Shown one piece after another: positions 32,495 to 43,287 of a stretch of 50,241 bases of DNA (position 1 is the first letter of the stretch; each line of letters starts with the position of its first letter). A model generated the notes under the pieces. The model saw nothing but the letters and a program-made list of their open reading frames with translations. It was not told the DNA's origin and did no database searches. The translations under genes and the position numbers were made by a program. The stretch comes from Actinomycetota bacterium (lineage in GTDB: Bacteria; Actinomycetota; Actinomycetes; Nanopelagicales; Nanopelagicaceae), in contig RHBS01000001.1 in the NCBI GenBank assembly GCA_010030895.1, positions 1 to 50,241 of the forward strand, written 5' to 3'.

Positions 32495-32643
32495 ATTTTC
32501 CTCTCCTTTGGGTAGGAGTAGCGCTCTGGATATCCACTGCAGTAGTTGGACTATTTCCTAGCTCTAAATATTTTTTACTGCCAGCCTTACTCTTACTTTC
32601 AATAAGTTGTCGAAAGCACACTATTTTTATTCTCCTAATAACC

Positions 32644-34740
32644 TTGGTAGTAGGTGTTTTAATAGTATGGATTCGACAATCTGCACTTGAAAGCAAATTC
32701 TTAGCTGATAACTTAAATAAGTCGGTTTGGATTAAAGCGATAATACGTAATGATCCAGTGTTAAGAGATGGTCAAGTATTTGGCTCTTCAAAAGGAGCTG
32801 ATAAGTACTCTGTACTGATCAGTCTTATTCAAGTTAATGATCTAAAAGTAAATTTGCCAGCTCGTCTGATATTTAATACTGATAATCGTCTACAAATGGA
32901 TCAGGTAATAAAAACTCAAGTTAGATTGATAGAAACTCGTGAGCGTAAAGTTGCCGCTCTTGCTTTAACTAAGGATTCCATCACAATTTTGAGTCCACCG
33001 CGCACCATCTTTAAAATCACTGAGATCATTCGAGATAAATTGAGAAGTCATTCAGATGGGTCAATTGCAGCTTCATTGATACCCGGACTAGTCCTAGGGG
33101 ATACCTCTCTTCAAAGTAATCAATTTAAAAATCAAATGCAAGGGATTGGCCTGTCGCACTTAACAGCAGTTAGTGGAGCAAATTTCGTCCTAGTTGCCAG
33201 CTCTATTCTATGGATTTTGCAATTTATAATCAAAAAAAATCAGTATCGCCTTATTATTGTTTCGCTAATCCTATTTCTATTTATATTTTTAGTTAGACCA
33301 ACACCATCAGTTTTGCGAGCAGCGGCTATGACATCGGTGGTATTAATTGCAAGGTATCGAGGAGAAACTTCACGAGGTATTGCTTCACTTGGGGCAGCAA
33401 TTACATTTTTGATTCTAATTGATCCATTTCAAGCAATTGACCCTGGATTTGCTTTATCTGTTTTAGCAACAGCCGGAATCCTATTACTTTCACCACTCCT
33501 CGAAATAAAGTTACAAAAACTAATCAAATCCAAATTGTTAATTGAAGTTGTAGCTATACCAGTAAGTGCAACCATTTTATGTCTTCCAATAATTTTGTTG
33601 TTATCCAATGAAATCTCCCTAGCAACTATTCCAGCAAATATTTTGGTTGCACCAGTAATTGGCCCAATCACAATACTAGGCTTTTTAAGTGCAATACTCT
33701 CTCCACTACTTCCAACAATTGGTTTTCTCCTATTCTCTATCGCCACCTATTTTGCAAAATACATAGTTCTTATTAGTGGGGCAATGGATAAATTTCCATC
33801 TCTTCATTTTAATGAAGCAAGAGTGTATGTTTTGGTCTTCATACTTTTTGCCCTGCTTGTACTAAAGAGACGTGGCAATATTGCAATAGTTATGATTTTT
33901 GTAATCATCGTTCAATTAGTATTTTCAGAGATATCTTGGCCAGGTAAAAATTGGCAAGTTGTAAATTGTGATGTCGGCCAAGGTGATGCAATGGTTGTAA
34001 ATTTAGGGCAAAATTCGGCGATTGTTATTGATACTGGGCCTGATTCGAAGTTAATTGATGATTGCCTAACGGAATTAAAGATTACAAAAATACCACTTCT
34101 TATACTCACCCATTTTCACGCAGACCATGTTGGTGGAATAACTGGAGTTCTAAAGAATCGATCGATTAGACAGGTATGGATTTCAAATCTGCATCAACCA
34201 GAAACATCTTATAGCGAGAGTATTAAAGCGTTGCAAAACATTTCAGTTAGAACTGTAAATATGGGTGAAACCTATACATTTACCAAAGATGATACCGAGA
34301 TTAAGATCTTATGGCCTACTTCGGTGACTGAAAATTTTACTCAATTACCAGGCGATGGATCAAAAATAAATAATTCAAGTATTGCAATTTTGCTTCGTAC
34401 GAAAAATTACTCGCTTTTTTCGGCTGGGGATATTGAGCCAGAGGTCCAGGAGTTGATAAGTAAATCAGGTCTACTTTCAGATGTTGATATTTTAAAAGTA
34501 TCTCACCATGGCTCTGCATACCAATATTTACCGATGATTGATCTGTTAAAGCCAGAAATTGCATTAATTAGCGTTGGTGCTAAAAATAGTTATGGCCACC
34601 CGGACCTTGAATTCATTAGAGAGCTAGAAAAGAGATCTATTTCGGTTTGGCGGACCGATCTATCTGGTGGCATATCAGTTGCGCCACGCAATAAGATCAG
34701 GGCTACGGGAAAAGAATGGTGGAAAATTAGGTGGGGTTAG
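32644..34740 (+). CDS. comEC: ComEC/Rec2 DNA uptake channel with metallo-beta-lactamase domain (true start probably further upstream)
   Basis: HLTAVSGAN, PSVLRAAAM, GFALSVLAT, DVGQGDA, THFHADH, KVSHHGS and NSYGHP motifs. Confidence 0.92.
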   Translation: MVVGVLIVWIRQSALESKFLADNLNKSVWIKAIIRNDPVLRDGQVFGSSKGADKYSVLISLIQVNDLKVNLPARLIFNTDNRLQMDQVIKTQVRLIETRERKVAALALTKDSITILSPPRTIFKITEIIRDKLRSHSDGSIAASLIPGLVLGDTSLQSNQFKNQMQGIGLSHLTAVSGANFVLVASSILWILQFIIKKNQYRLIIVSLILFLFIFLVRPTPSVLRAAAMTSVVLIARYRGETSRGIASLGAAITFLILIDPFQAIDPGFALSVLATAGILLLSPLLEIKLQKLIKSKLLIEVVAIPVSATILCLPIILLLSNEISLATIPANILVAPVIGPITILGFLSAILSPLLPTIGFLLFSIATYFAKYIVLISGAMDKFPSLHFNEARVYVLVFILFALLVLKRRGNIAIVMIFVIIVQLVFSEISWPGKNWQVVNCDVGQGDAMVVNLGQNSAIVIDTGPDSKLIDDCLTELKITKIPLLILTHFHADHVGGITGVLKNRSIRQVWISNLHQPETSYSESIKALQNISVRTVNMGETYTFTKDDTEIKILWPTSVTENFTQLPGDGSKINNSSIAILLRTKNYSLFSAGDIEPEVQELISKSGLLSDVDILKVSHHGSAYQYLPMIDLLKPEIALISVGAKNSYGHPDLEFIRELEKRSISVWRTDLSGGISVAPRNKIRATGKEWWKIRWG

Positions 34741-35675
34741 TTCTAATACAAGGATCAGAAAGTCTTCTGGCAGATCGCGCTATCTCTCAGGTGATCTCAA
34801 AGTATCCTAATGCTCAAGTCTCAAATTTATATGCAGATGAAATTGAGGTCGGGATAATCACCGATAATTTGGCACCCTCACTTTTTGGCGATCAGCGAGT
34901 TGTAGTAATCAGAGATTCACAAGAATTAGTTGCAGAGTGTGCAGATGAATTAATTACCTATCTAGAAAATCAAGATGAAAATTTAATCCTAGTCCTTTGG
35001 CATAAAGGGGGTGTAAAAGGAAAGGGTTTAGTTGATAAGGTTAAGAAGCTAAATCCACAACTTATTTCTGTTGAGGCCATAAAAAAAGACTCTGAAAAAT
35101 CAGAGTTTATTCGAAATGAGTTTAAATCTTATAATAGAAAAATTACTAGTGAAGCTATTCAAGCTTTGATTGATTCACTGGGAAGTGACATGCGTGAGTT
35201 AGCTGCTGCCTGCTCCCAGTTGGCTTCAGATGTTGCATTACAAAAGGTAATAGATGAAGTAGATGTAGCAAAGTATCAACAAGGTAGAGTTGAAAGCACG
35301 GGTTTTGATGTTGCTGATGCAGTAGTGGATGGAAAAACTGCGGAGGCGTTAATAGCGCTTAGAAATGCATTAGCTACTGGCACAGACCCGGTGTTAATTG
35401 TCAGCGCCTTAGCGGCATCCTTTAGGACACTTGCAAAAGTGTCGGGTAGTTCCAGAGGTTCAAACTCATATGAATTAGCCTCATCTTTAGCACTTGCACC
35501 ATGGCAAATTGAAAAAGCAAGAAAGCAATTAACTGGCTGGAGTGAGAATGGATTGGCAAAGGCTGTCATAGCTATTGCCGCGGTAGATGCTGACATTAAG
35601 GGAGCAGCAAGTGATCCAAAATACGCTTTGGAACGGGCAGTGATGACCGTATCAACTGCAAAAAGTACTCGATAG
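34731..35675 (+). CDS. holA: DNA polymerase III subunit delta
   Basis: PSLFGDQRVVV, LGSDMRELAAACSQL and DADIKG motifs; comEC-holA synteny. Confidence 0.92.
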   Translation: MGLVLIQGSESLLADRAISQVISKYPNAQVSNLYADEIEVGIITDNLAPSLFGDQRVVVIRDSQELVAECADELITYLENQDENLILVLWHKGGVKGKGLVDKVKKLNPQLISVEAIKKDSEKSEFIRNEFKSYNRKITSEAIQALIDSLGSDMRELAAACSQLASDVALQKVIDEVDVAKYQQGRVESTGFDVADAVVDGKTAEALIALRNALATGTDPVLIVSALAASFRTLAKVSGSSRGSNSYELASSLALAPWQIEKARKQLTGWSENGLAKAVIAIAAVDADIKGAASDPKYALERAVMTVSTAKSTR

Positions 35676-35700
35676 TCAGGCTCAGTTTGAGCGTAATGGC

Positions 35701-35720
35701 CTGCGCTGATACCCTTGCCA
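35701..35720 (+). promoter_or_regulatory. rpsT promoter, extended -10 (TGA-TACCCT)
   Basis: CTGCGCTGATACCCTTGCCA; matches the rpsO promoter motif. Confidence 0.5.
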
Positions 35721-35761
35721 ACTTAAAGAACGCAATCATTAACGAGAAAAGGTAACCCTCA

Positions 35762-36031
35762 GTGGCAAACATTAAGTCTCAGATCAAACGAATCCGAACT
35801 AACAACAAAGCACAGGATCGCAACCGGGCTTATCGTTCAGCACTTCGTACCGCAATTCGCAAGTTTCGCGAGGCCGTTACTGCAGGTGATGCCGCAAAAA
35901 TAAAGGCAGAGTTTAAGGATGCTTCTCGCACTTTAGATATGGCAGTTTCAAAAGGTGTTATTCATTCCAACAATGCAGCAAATAAAAAATCAGCTATGGC
36001 TAAGTTGGCCAACAAAGCTGGTATTCGTTAA
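35762..36031 (+). CDS. rpsT: 30S ribosomal protein S20
   Basis: ANIKSQIKR and [14 protein letters not shown] motifs. Confidence 0.97.
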   Translation: MANIKSQIKRIRTNNKAQDRNRAYRSALRTAIRKFREAVTAGDAAKIKAEFKDASRTLDMAVSKGVIHSNNAANKKSAMAKLANKAGIR

Positions 36032-36056
36032 TTTTTTAGACACTCTTAAGGCATAG

Positions 36057-37922
36057 ATGCCTGCTATTTCGATTGCCAAAGCTCCGCAACCTGCTGCAAC
36101 TAATCCACAGCAAATAAGAAATTTTTGCATTATTGCTCATATTGATCATGGTAAATCTACCCTGGCCGATCGAATGCTTGGTATTACTGGTGTAGTTGAA
36201 GATAGAAATATGCGAGCTCAGTATTTAGATCGTATGGATATTGAACGAGAACGTGGCATAACAATTAAGAGCCAGGCAGTTCGATTGCCGTGGCGATCTG
36301 GTATCGATGGTCAAGAATATATTTTAAACATGATCGATACACCAGGACATGTTGATTTTACCTATGAGGTTTCGCGTTCACTAGCTGCTTGCGAAGGCGC
36401 CATACTTTTAGTTGATTGTGCACAAGGAATCGAAGCACAAACACTCGCAAATTTATATCTTGCCATGGAAAACGACTTAACAATAATTCCAGTGCTAAAT
36501 AAAATTGATTTGCCTGCCGCCCAGCCAGATAAATTTGCTGAGGAACTAGCTAAATTAATTGGTTGTCAGCCGCAGGATTGTCTAAGGGTTTCTGGAAAAA
36601 CTGGTCAAGGCGTGGAACTCCTATTAGATCAAATTGTTAAGCAAATTCCGGCGCCAGTTGGTGATCCAAAAGCTGCTACCCGAGCACTAATCTTTGATTC
36701 AGTCTATGACTCATATCGTGGAGTTGTCACTTATGTTCGTGTGGTAGATGGGCATTTATCTCCACGTGATCAAATTCAAATGTATTCAACTGGCGTGCGC
36801 CATGAAATGTTGGAGGTAGGGGTTATTTCACCTGAACCAATGGCAAGCAACGGACTTGGAGTTGGTGAAGTTGGCTACTTAATTACTGGCGTAAAAGATG
36901 TAAGGCAATCGCGTGTTGGCGATACTGTCACTACCTACAACAATCCGGCAAAGGTTGCACTTGCTGGCTATAAAGATCCTAAGCCAATGGTTTTTTCAGG
37001 TTTATTTCCCCTAGATGGTGCTGAGTATCCAATGTTGCGAGAAGCGCTAGATAAATTGCAATTAAATGATGCAGCCTTAGTATTTGAACCAGAGTCATCT
37101 GCAGCACTTGGTTTTGGATTTCGATGTGGATTCCTCGGACTGCTACACATGGAAATTGTGCGGGAACGGTTAGAAAGGGAAGCAGGTTTAACATTAATAT
37201 CAACCGCTCCAAGCGTTGTTTATAACGTTACATTGGACGATGGAAAAAAATTAGTTGTCACAAACCCGTCCGAGTACCCTGATGGAAAAATTGCAGAAGT
37301 TTATGAACCAATTGTCAAAGCCACAATTTTAGCGCCAAGTGAATTCATAGGAACGATTATGGAGCTTTGCCAGCAACGTAGGGGTGTTCAAAAGGGTATG
37401 GATTACTTATCGGAAGATAGAATTGAGATCCGATACACCCTACCTTTAGCCGAAATAGTTTTTGATTTTTTTGATCAATTGAAATCACGTACTAGAGGCT
37501 ATGCCTCATTAGATTATGAACCAATCGGAGAGGAGATTGGAGATTTAGTTAAAGTTGATATTCTGCTTCAAGGAGAAAAAGTTGATGCATTTAGCCAAAT
37601 TGTGCATAGAGATAAAGCTTACGCATACGGAGTTTCTATGACAGGCAAACTTCGTGAATTAATTCCTCGTCAGCAGTTTGAAGTTCCAATTCAAGCAGCA
37701 ATTGGTGCAAAGATTATTGCCAGAGAAAATATTAGAGCGATAAGAAAAGATGTTCTTGCAAAATGTTATGGTGGTGATATCACCCGTAAGCGAAAGCTTT
37801 TAGAGAAGCAAAAAGAGGGTAAGAAACGAATGAAGATGGTTGGAAGAGTTGAAGTTCCCCAGGAGGCATTCATAGCTGCACTTACTACAGATTCAGATAA
37901 AGCGAGTGAAAAGAAAAAATAA
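36057..37922 (+). CDS. lepA: Translation elongation factor 4 (LepA)
   Basis: [24 protein letters not shown] and [14 protein letters not shown] motifs. Confidence 0.99.
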   Translation: MPAISIAKAPQPAATNPQQIRNFCIIAHIDHGKSTLADRMLGITGVVEDRNMRAQYLDRMDIERERGITIKSQAVRLPWRSGIDGQEYILNMIDTPGHVDFTYEVSRSLAACEGAILLVDCAQGIEAQTLANLYLAMENDLTIIPVLNKIDLPAAQPDKFAEELAKLIGCQPQDCLRVSGKTGQGVELLLDQIVKQIPAPVGDPKAATRALIFDSVYDSYRGVVTYVRVVDGHLSPRDQIQMYSTGVRHEMLEVGVISPEPMASNGLGVGEVGYLITGVKDVRQSRVGDTVTTYNNPAKVALAGYKDPKPMVFSGLFPLDGAEYPMLREALDKLQLNDAALVFEPESSAALGFGFRCGFLGLLHMEIVRERLEREAGLTLISTAPSVVYNVTLDDGKKLVVTNPSEYPDGKIAEVYEPIVKATILAPSEFIGTIMELCQQRRGVQKGMDYLSEDRIEIRYTLPLAEIVFDFFDQLKSRTRGYASLDYEPIGEEIGDLVKVDILLQGEKVDAFSQIVHRDKAYAYGVSMTGKLRELIPRQQFEVPIQAAIGAKIIARENIRAIRKDVLAKCYGGDITRKRKLLEKQKEGKKRMKMVGRVEVPQEAFIAALTTDSDKASEKKK

Positions 37923-39068
37923 GTGAAACTAGCCTTCTATATCCACGTACCTTATTGTAGTAAAAGGTGTGGCTACTGCGACTTCAATACTTACACACCA
38001 ACTGAGTTAAAGATATCAACTGGATTAAATCAGATCTCAAACAGTTACATAGATTTAGTAATAAAAGAAATAGAACTAGCAAAGTTCAAGATAAAGGAAC
38101 CAGTTGAGGTCTCTTCAATTTTCTTTGGTGGTGGCACGCCATCGCTAATGGAGCCTGTTGACCTTGGCCGGGTCATTACCAAGATTAAAACTGATTTTGG
38201 AATTGCAAGTAATGCTGAAATAACACTAGAGGTAAATCCAGACTCTGTTGATAGAGATAAATTGGAACTATTTTTTGAAATAGGTATAAATAGGTTATCA
38301 ATTGGCATGCAGTCTGCCGTTAGCAAAGTTTTAAAAATATTGGATAGGACTCATAATCCTGAAAATGTATCCAAAGTAGTAAATTGGGCGACTGATATTG
38401 GGTTTAAGCAAATTTCCGTAGATCTAATTTATGGTACCCCAGGAGAATCTAAAGAGGATTGGCAGCAAAGCATCGATGCAGCACTAGCACTTCCCATTTC
38501 CCACATATCTGCATATGCATTGATTGTAGAACCTGGTACTAAATTAGCGGCACAAATAAAAAGAGGAGAGGTGGCCGAATTAGATGATGACCTAACTGCT
38601 GAAAAATACTTAATGGCTGATCAGGCATTTACTAATGCCGGATTTTATTGGTATGAGCTCAGCAATTGGGCAAAGGATAATTCAAAGAGTCGCCATAACC
38701 TTTCTTATTGGCTAGGTGAAAATTGGTTGGGAATTGGACCAGGAGCTCACTCTCATATTGATGGTGAAAGATATTGGAATGTAAAACACCCAACTCTGTA
38801 TAAAGAGAAGGTTGAAATAGGTCAGCTACCTATTGCTGATTCAGAAATCTTAGATAGTAATCAGATCGAAAGTGAAAGACTAATGTTATCGATTCGATTA
38901 ACTAGTGGAATTGAAACTAAATCGTTGAATATGAAACAAATTACAGATTTGTCTGGATATGTTGAATCGGGTCATCTTAATCACTCGGATTGGCAGCAAG
39001 GAAGAGCAACCCTTACCCTAAATGGCAGACTTATTGCGGATCGAATAGTCCGAGAAATATTGTTGTAG
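37923..39068 (+). CDS. hemW: Radical SAM heme chaperone HemW
   Basis: YIHVPYCSKRCGYCDF, FGGGTPS and YELSNW motifs; lepA-hemW-hrcA synteny. Confidence 0.92.
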   Translation: MKLAFYIHVPYCSKRCGYCDFNTYTPTELKISTGLNQISNSYIDLVIKEIELAKFKIKEPVEVSSIFFGGGTPSLMEPVDLGRVITKIKTDFGIASNAEITLEVNPDSVDRDKLELFFEIGINRLSIGMQSAVSKVLKILDRTHNPENVSKVVNWATDIGFKQISVDLIYGTPGESKEDWQQSIDAALALPISHISAYALIVEPGTKLAAQIKRGEVAELDDDLTAEKYLMADQAFTNAGFYWYELSNWAKDNSKSRHNLSYWLGENWLGIGPGAHSHIDGERYWNVKHPTLYKEKVEIGQLPIADSEILDSNQIESERLMLSIRLTSGIETKSLNMKQITDLSGYVESGHLNHSDWQQGRATLTLNGRLIADRIVREILL

Positions 39069-39074
39069 TAGCGT
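39069..39074 (+). promoter_or_regulatory. -10 (TAGCGT) of probable leaderless hrcA transcript
   Basis: 6 nt before ATG 39081. Confidence 0.5.
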
Positions 39075-39080
39075 TGGATC

Positions 39081-40094
39081 ATGAGTAGTAAAATGCATGG
39101 TAGGCAACTAGATATTCTTCGAGCAATAGTTGATGAATATGTTTCAACCGAGGAGCCTGTCGGATCAAAAACGCTTGCTGCTCGTACTGGCCTAGGCGTT
39201 TCCCCAGCAACAATTAGAAACGAAATGGCTGTATTAGAAGATGCGGGTTTAATTACACAACCACATACCAGCGCTGGTCGGATTCCAACAAATAAAGGGT
39301 ATCGAGTATTTGTTGACCAGCTTGCAGATATAAAGCCATTGTCATCAGCTGAGCGAAGAGCAATTGAAAACTTTCTTGATGGTGCTTCAGATTTAGATGA
39401 TGTAATTTCCAGAACAGTTCGACTACTTGCGCAAGTAACTAAACAGGTAGCGGTGGTTCAGTATCCATCATTGATAAAAGCAAAAGTAAGACATATAGAA
39501 CTAGTACTTCTAAATAATTCAAGGGTAATGATTGTGCTAATAACTGATACTGGCAGGGTTGAGCAAAGAATGGTGGAGTTGCCATTTGATATTAGTGATA
39601 CCTCGTTAGCTGATTTACATAAAAAATTAAATCAAAAAATAGCAAGGCAAACTTTATCTAATGTAGCAGGGACTTTAGAGGGAATTAGTTCAGCATATAA
39701 TGGTCATGACAAATCAAATGTGGTAGTAATTATTACTACATTGATAGAAATGGCAATTGAGCATCCAGAAGAAAAAGTAGTTTTTGCTGGAACATCAAAC
39801 TTGGCTAGAGCTAATCAAGATTTATCAAGTAGTATGCAATCGATTTTGGAGGCTCTAGAGGAGCAAGTTGTACTTCTAAGATTGCTATCAGGAACTGACT
39901 CCTCAGTAAAAGTAAAAATTGGTGATGAGCAAAGTGAAAAAAGCTTAAAGAAAACCAGTCTTGTAAGCGTAGGTTATGCGGATATTGGTGCACTTGGAAT
40001 TTTAGGCCCAACTCGTATGGATTACGCTGCATCTATAAGTGCTGTCAATGCAGTTGCCAATTATGTTGGCAGATTTTTGACTGAGAGTAAATAA
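39081..40094 (+). CDS. hrcA: Heat-inducible transcription repressor HrcA
   Basis: EPVGSK, SPATIRNEM, QPHTSAGRIPT and GPTRMDY motifs. Confidence 0.97.
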   Translation: MSSKMHGRQLDILRAIVDEYVSTEEPVGSKTLAARTGLGVSPATIRNEMAVLEDAGLITQPHTSAGRIPTNKGYRVFVDQLADIKPLSSAERRAIENFLDGASDLDDVISRTVRLLAQVTKQVAVVQYPSLIKAKVRHIELVLLNNSRVMIVLITDTGRVEQRMVELPFDISDTSLADLHKKLNQKIARQTLSNVAGTLEGISSAYNGHDKSNVVVIITTLIEMAIEHPEEKVVFAGTSNLARANQDLSSSMQSILEALEEQVVLLRLLSGTDSSVKVKIGDEQSEKSLKKTSLVSVGYADIGALGILGPTRMDYAASISAVNAVANYVGRFLTESK

Positions 40095-41198
40095 ATGGCC
40101 GATCTCTATGAAATTCTTGGCGTAGATAGAGATGCTAGCTTTGATGAAATTAAAAAGGCATACCGAAAACTGGCTCGAAGCTACCATCCTGATATAAATC
40201 CTGATCCAAAAATGGCAGAAAAGTTCAAAGAAATCACTGCTGCATATGAGGTGTTAAGCGATCCAGATAAACGTCAAAATTACGATGTTGGTGGAAATGG
40301 CTTCGGCGGCTTTAATAGTGGTGGATTTGGTTTTAGTGACATTATGGATGCCTTTTTTGGTGGTGGCCAACAACGAGGTCCAAGACCAAGAAATCGTCCA
40401 GGGCAGGACGCATTAATAAGAGTAGAAGTAGATTTGATGGAAGCAACTTTTGGTTGCGAGCGGGATTTAAATGTTGAAACCGCCGTAACTTGTGGCAAAT
40501 GTAATGGAACAGGATGTGCAAATAATTCAAAGCCAAGAACTTGTGATATTTGTAAAGGAAGAGGAGAAACTCAACAAGTTGCAAGATCGATACTTGGTCA
40601 AGTAATGACAAGTAGACCATGTGCAAGTTGCCAGGGGTTTGGTTCTGTTATTTCAGATCCATGTGGAGAATGTGCAGGCGACGGTAGAGTTCGAGCTAGG
40701 AAAAGTATTCCAATAAAAATCCCTGCGGGTGTTGAGACCGGCAACAGAATTCAGTTAAGTGGACAAGGTGAGGTAGGTCCTGGTGGGGGCGCACCTGGAG
40801 ATCTTTATGTCGAAATTGTAGAAATACCTCATGAATTTCTAATCAGAGAAGAAAGTAATTTACACATTTCAATTTCGATTCCAATGACTTCAGCTGCACT
40901 TGGAACTCGGGTGTTAGTAGATACCTTAGATGGAAAGCAGGAAGTTGAAATAAAAGAGGGAACACAAAGTGGTTCGGTAGTTGTGCTAAGAGGTTTTGGA
41001 GTCACAAAGCTAAGGGGTTCGGGCAGGGGTGATTTAATTGTTCATATTCAGGTTCTTACTCCTACTAAAATAAATAAAGAGCAAAGCGAGTTGTTCAAAA
41101 AGATAGCCTCCTTGAGAAGTGAAGGATTAGATAAAGTAAAAATAAATACAAATGAAGAACAAGGCTTTTTCGATAAAGTAAAAAGAGCATTTAGATAG
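40095..41198 (+). CDS. dnaJ: Chaperone DnaJ (DnaJ2-type)
   Basis: J-domain HPD, G/F-rich region, four CxxCxGxG repeats. Confidence 0.97.
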   Translation: MADLYEILGVDRDASFDEIKKAYRKLARSYHPDINPDPKMAEKFKEITAAYEVLSDPDKRQNYDVGGNGFGGFNSGGFGFSDIMDAFFGGGQQRGPRPRNRPGQDALIRVEVDLMEATFGCERDLNVETAVTCGKCNGTGCANNSKPRTCDICKGRGETQQVARSILGQVMTSRPCASCQGFGSVISDPCGECAGDGRVRARKSIPIKIPAGVETGNRIQLSGQGEVGPGGGAPGDLYVEIVEIPHEFLIREESNLHISISIPMTSAALGTRVLVDTLDGKQEVEIKEGTQSGSVVVLRGFGVTKLRGSGRGDLIVHIQVLTPTKINKEQSELFKKIASLRSEGLDKVKINTNEEQGFFDKVKRAFR

Positions 41199-41911
41199 TG
41201 AGTTATTTATTTTTTGTCGATCAATTAGATTCTAATGAGGTTCAGTCACTTGAGAATGAGGAAGCCCATCACGCAATTAAAGTTTTAAGAGTTACCTCTG
41301 GTGAAACGTTAACTTTTTCAGATGGTAAAAGTCACTGGGTTTCAGGCGAAATTACAGAGATTGGAAGAAAATCTCTAAAAATGAAGGTTAATAAAAGAGG
41401 AAACATTCAATTGAATAAACCAGAGTTGATTGTAGTTCAAGCAATCACAAAATCAGACAGAAATAAGGAAATGCTTGAACTATTGACTGTTTCTGGTGTC
41501 GATCAAATAATTCCGTGGGAGGCCGAAAGGTCTATAAGTAAATGGCAGGATGACTCTGCGCATAAGTGGATTCAGACCATAAAGGAGGCTTGCAAGCAGT
41601 CCAAACGATTTAGATTGCCGACCCTTACGAGTCCTATGAAAGTAAATGAGATTATTGGAGTTATAAAGGAAAACTTTTCGATAGTTTTTCATGAAAGTAC
41701 GACAAATAAATTCAGTAATCTACAAATTCCAGAAGAAGTAGAGAAAATATATTTAGTCATTGGCCCTGAAGGTGGAATTAATGATTATGAGCTTGAGGAA
41801 TTTAGGACAGCAGGGTCAGTAATTGCGCGTTTAGGCGAACCTGTATTGCGATCTGCCCATGCAGGATTTGCCGCCCTCTCAGCACTTCAAACTAAACTTG
41901 GCAGATGGTAA
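41198..41911 (+). CDS. rsmE: 16S rRNA m3U1498 methyltransferase RsmE
   Basis: HAIKVLR, IGPEGG and LGEPVLRSAHAG motifs. Confidence 0.94.
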   Translation: MSYLFFVDQLDSNEVQSLENEEAHHAIKVLRVTSGETLTFSDGKSHWVSGEITEIGRKSLKMKVNKRGNIQLNKPELIVVQAITKSDRNKEMLELLTVSGVDQIIPWEAERSISKWQDDSAHKWIQTIKEACKQSKRFRLPTLTSPMKVNEIIGVIKENFSIVFHESTTNKFSNLQIPEEVEKIYLVIGPEGGINDYELEEFRTAGSVIARLGEPVLRSAHAGFAALSALQTKLGRW

Positions 41912-41913
41912 AA

Positions 41914-42249
41914 ATGGATTGCTTGTTTTGCAAAATTGTAGATGGAACAATTCCTGCATCTGTAGTAAAACAAAATAATAAAGTGACTGCTTTTAATGAT
42001 ATTTCACCTCAGGCTCCAACTCATATTTTGGTTATTCCTAATCAACACTTTAAAAACATGGGAGAGGTATCTGAAAGTGATCCTGATCTTGCAGGCGAAA
42101 TTTTGAAAATGGCTTCCCAAATTGCGAAGGAGTATGGCTTAGATAGTTGGCGTATCAATATAAATACTGGTGAAAGCGCTGGCCAATCTGTTTTCCACGC
42201 TCATATTCACCTTTTAGGTGGTCGAGTATTCGCATGGCCGCCGGGTTAA
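41914..42249 (+). CDS. HIT family nucleotide-binding protein
   Basis: DCLFCKI, DISPQAPTH and GQSVFHAHIH histidine triad. Confidence 0.93.
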   Translation: MDCLFCKIVDGTIPASVVKQNNKVTAFNDISPQAPTHILVIPNQHFKNMGEVSESDPDLAGEILKMASQIAKEYGLDSWRININTGESAGQSVFHAHIHLLGGRVFAWPPG

Positions 42250-42252
42250 ATA

Positions 42253-42258
42253 TAGAAT
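42253..42258 (+). promoter_or_regulatory. -10 (TAGAAT) of probable leaderless phoH transcript
   Basis: 7 nt before ATG 42266. Confidence 0.55.
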
Positions 42259-42265
42259 TAGAGCA

Positions 42266-43258
42266 ATGGATCCCATAGTTATAAAAGTTCCAACGGTTTT
42301 CCCCATGGTTTCACTGGTTGGTCCAGGTGATTCCTATCTGAGAATTTTTGAGAGTAGTTTTCCTCAGTTATCAATTACAGTTAGAGGAAATGAAATTTAT
42401 GTCAATGGTGATGAGCAAAAAACTAAAATATTTTCAACTCTAATTGAAGAATTAATTACTCTCCTTAGAGCTGGTCAAAATTTAAATGCAGATATGGTCA
42501 TTCGGTGCATTGGAATGATAAAACAAACTCCAACTGAACACCCAGCAGAGGTGTTATCTCTAAATATTTTAAGCAATCGGGGTAAGACAATTCGCCCTAA
42601 AACTTCTAATCAAAAAAAGTATGTTGAGGCGATAGATACAAATACAATTACTTTTGGTATCGGGCCAGCGGGGTGTGGCAAAACTTATCTAGCAATGGCT
42701 AAAGCAATTCAGGCTTTACAAGCCAAGCAAGTAAATAGAATTATTTTGACTCGGCCTGCAGTCGAAGCAGGGGAGCGATTAGGTTTTTTGCCCGGAACCT
42801 TGCATGAAAAAATTGATCCTTATTTAAGACCTCTGTTTGACGCCCTACATGACATGATTGATCAAGACGCAATTCCAAGGTTAATGAACTCAGGCGTGAT
42901 AGAGGTAGCACCTCTTGCATATATGCGAGGCAGAACTTTAAATGACGCATTTATAATATTAGATGAGGCTCAAAATACGACTGCAGAACAAATGAAAATG
43001 TTTTTAACACGTTTGGGATTTGGTTCAAGAATGGTAGTAACTGGCGATATTACTCAAGTAGACCTACCTAATAATTCTCAATCTGGTCTCAAAATTGTTC
43101 AGGATATCTTGAATGAAGTTGACGACATATCCTTTATCTATTTAAATGCTGAGGATGTCGTTCGCAATAGATTAGTAGGTGAAATAGTTACGGCATACGG
43201 AAACTGGGATGAGAACATATCTAAGACTACATTTCCAATTAGAAGTGAAAAAAGGTGA
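42266..43258 (+). CDS. phoH: PhoH family ATPase
   Basis: GPAGCGKT, RPAVEAGERLGFLPG, YMRGRTL and DEAQN motifs; start moved to ATG 42266. Confidence 0.95.
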   Translation: MDPIVIKVPTVFPMVSLVGPGDSYLRIFESSFPQLSITVRGNEIYVNGDEQKTKIFSTLIEELITLLRAGQNLNADMVIRCIGMIKQTPTEHPAEVLSLNILSNRGKTIRPKTSNQKKYVEAIDTNTITFGIGPAGCGKTYLAMAKAIQALQAKQVNRIILTRPAVEAGERLGFLPGTLHEKIDPYLRPLFDALHDMIDQDAIPRLMNSGVIEVAPLAYMRGRTLNDAFIILDEAQNTTAEQMKMFLTRLGFGSRMVVTGDITQVDLPNNSQSGLKIVQDILNEVDDISFIYLNAEDVVRNRLVGEIVTAYGNWDENISKTTFPIRSEKR

Positions 43259-43287
43259 TTGCCAATTACTCTTAGTGAGTAGCTAAT

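Noticed and set aside
39040-39081. Expected CIRCE element before hrcA-dnaJ
   Set aside because: No TTAGCACTC-N9-GAGTGCTAA visible there, so none was annotated.
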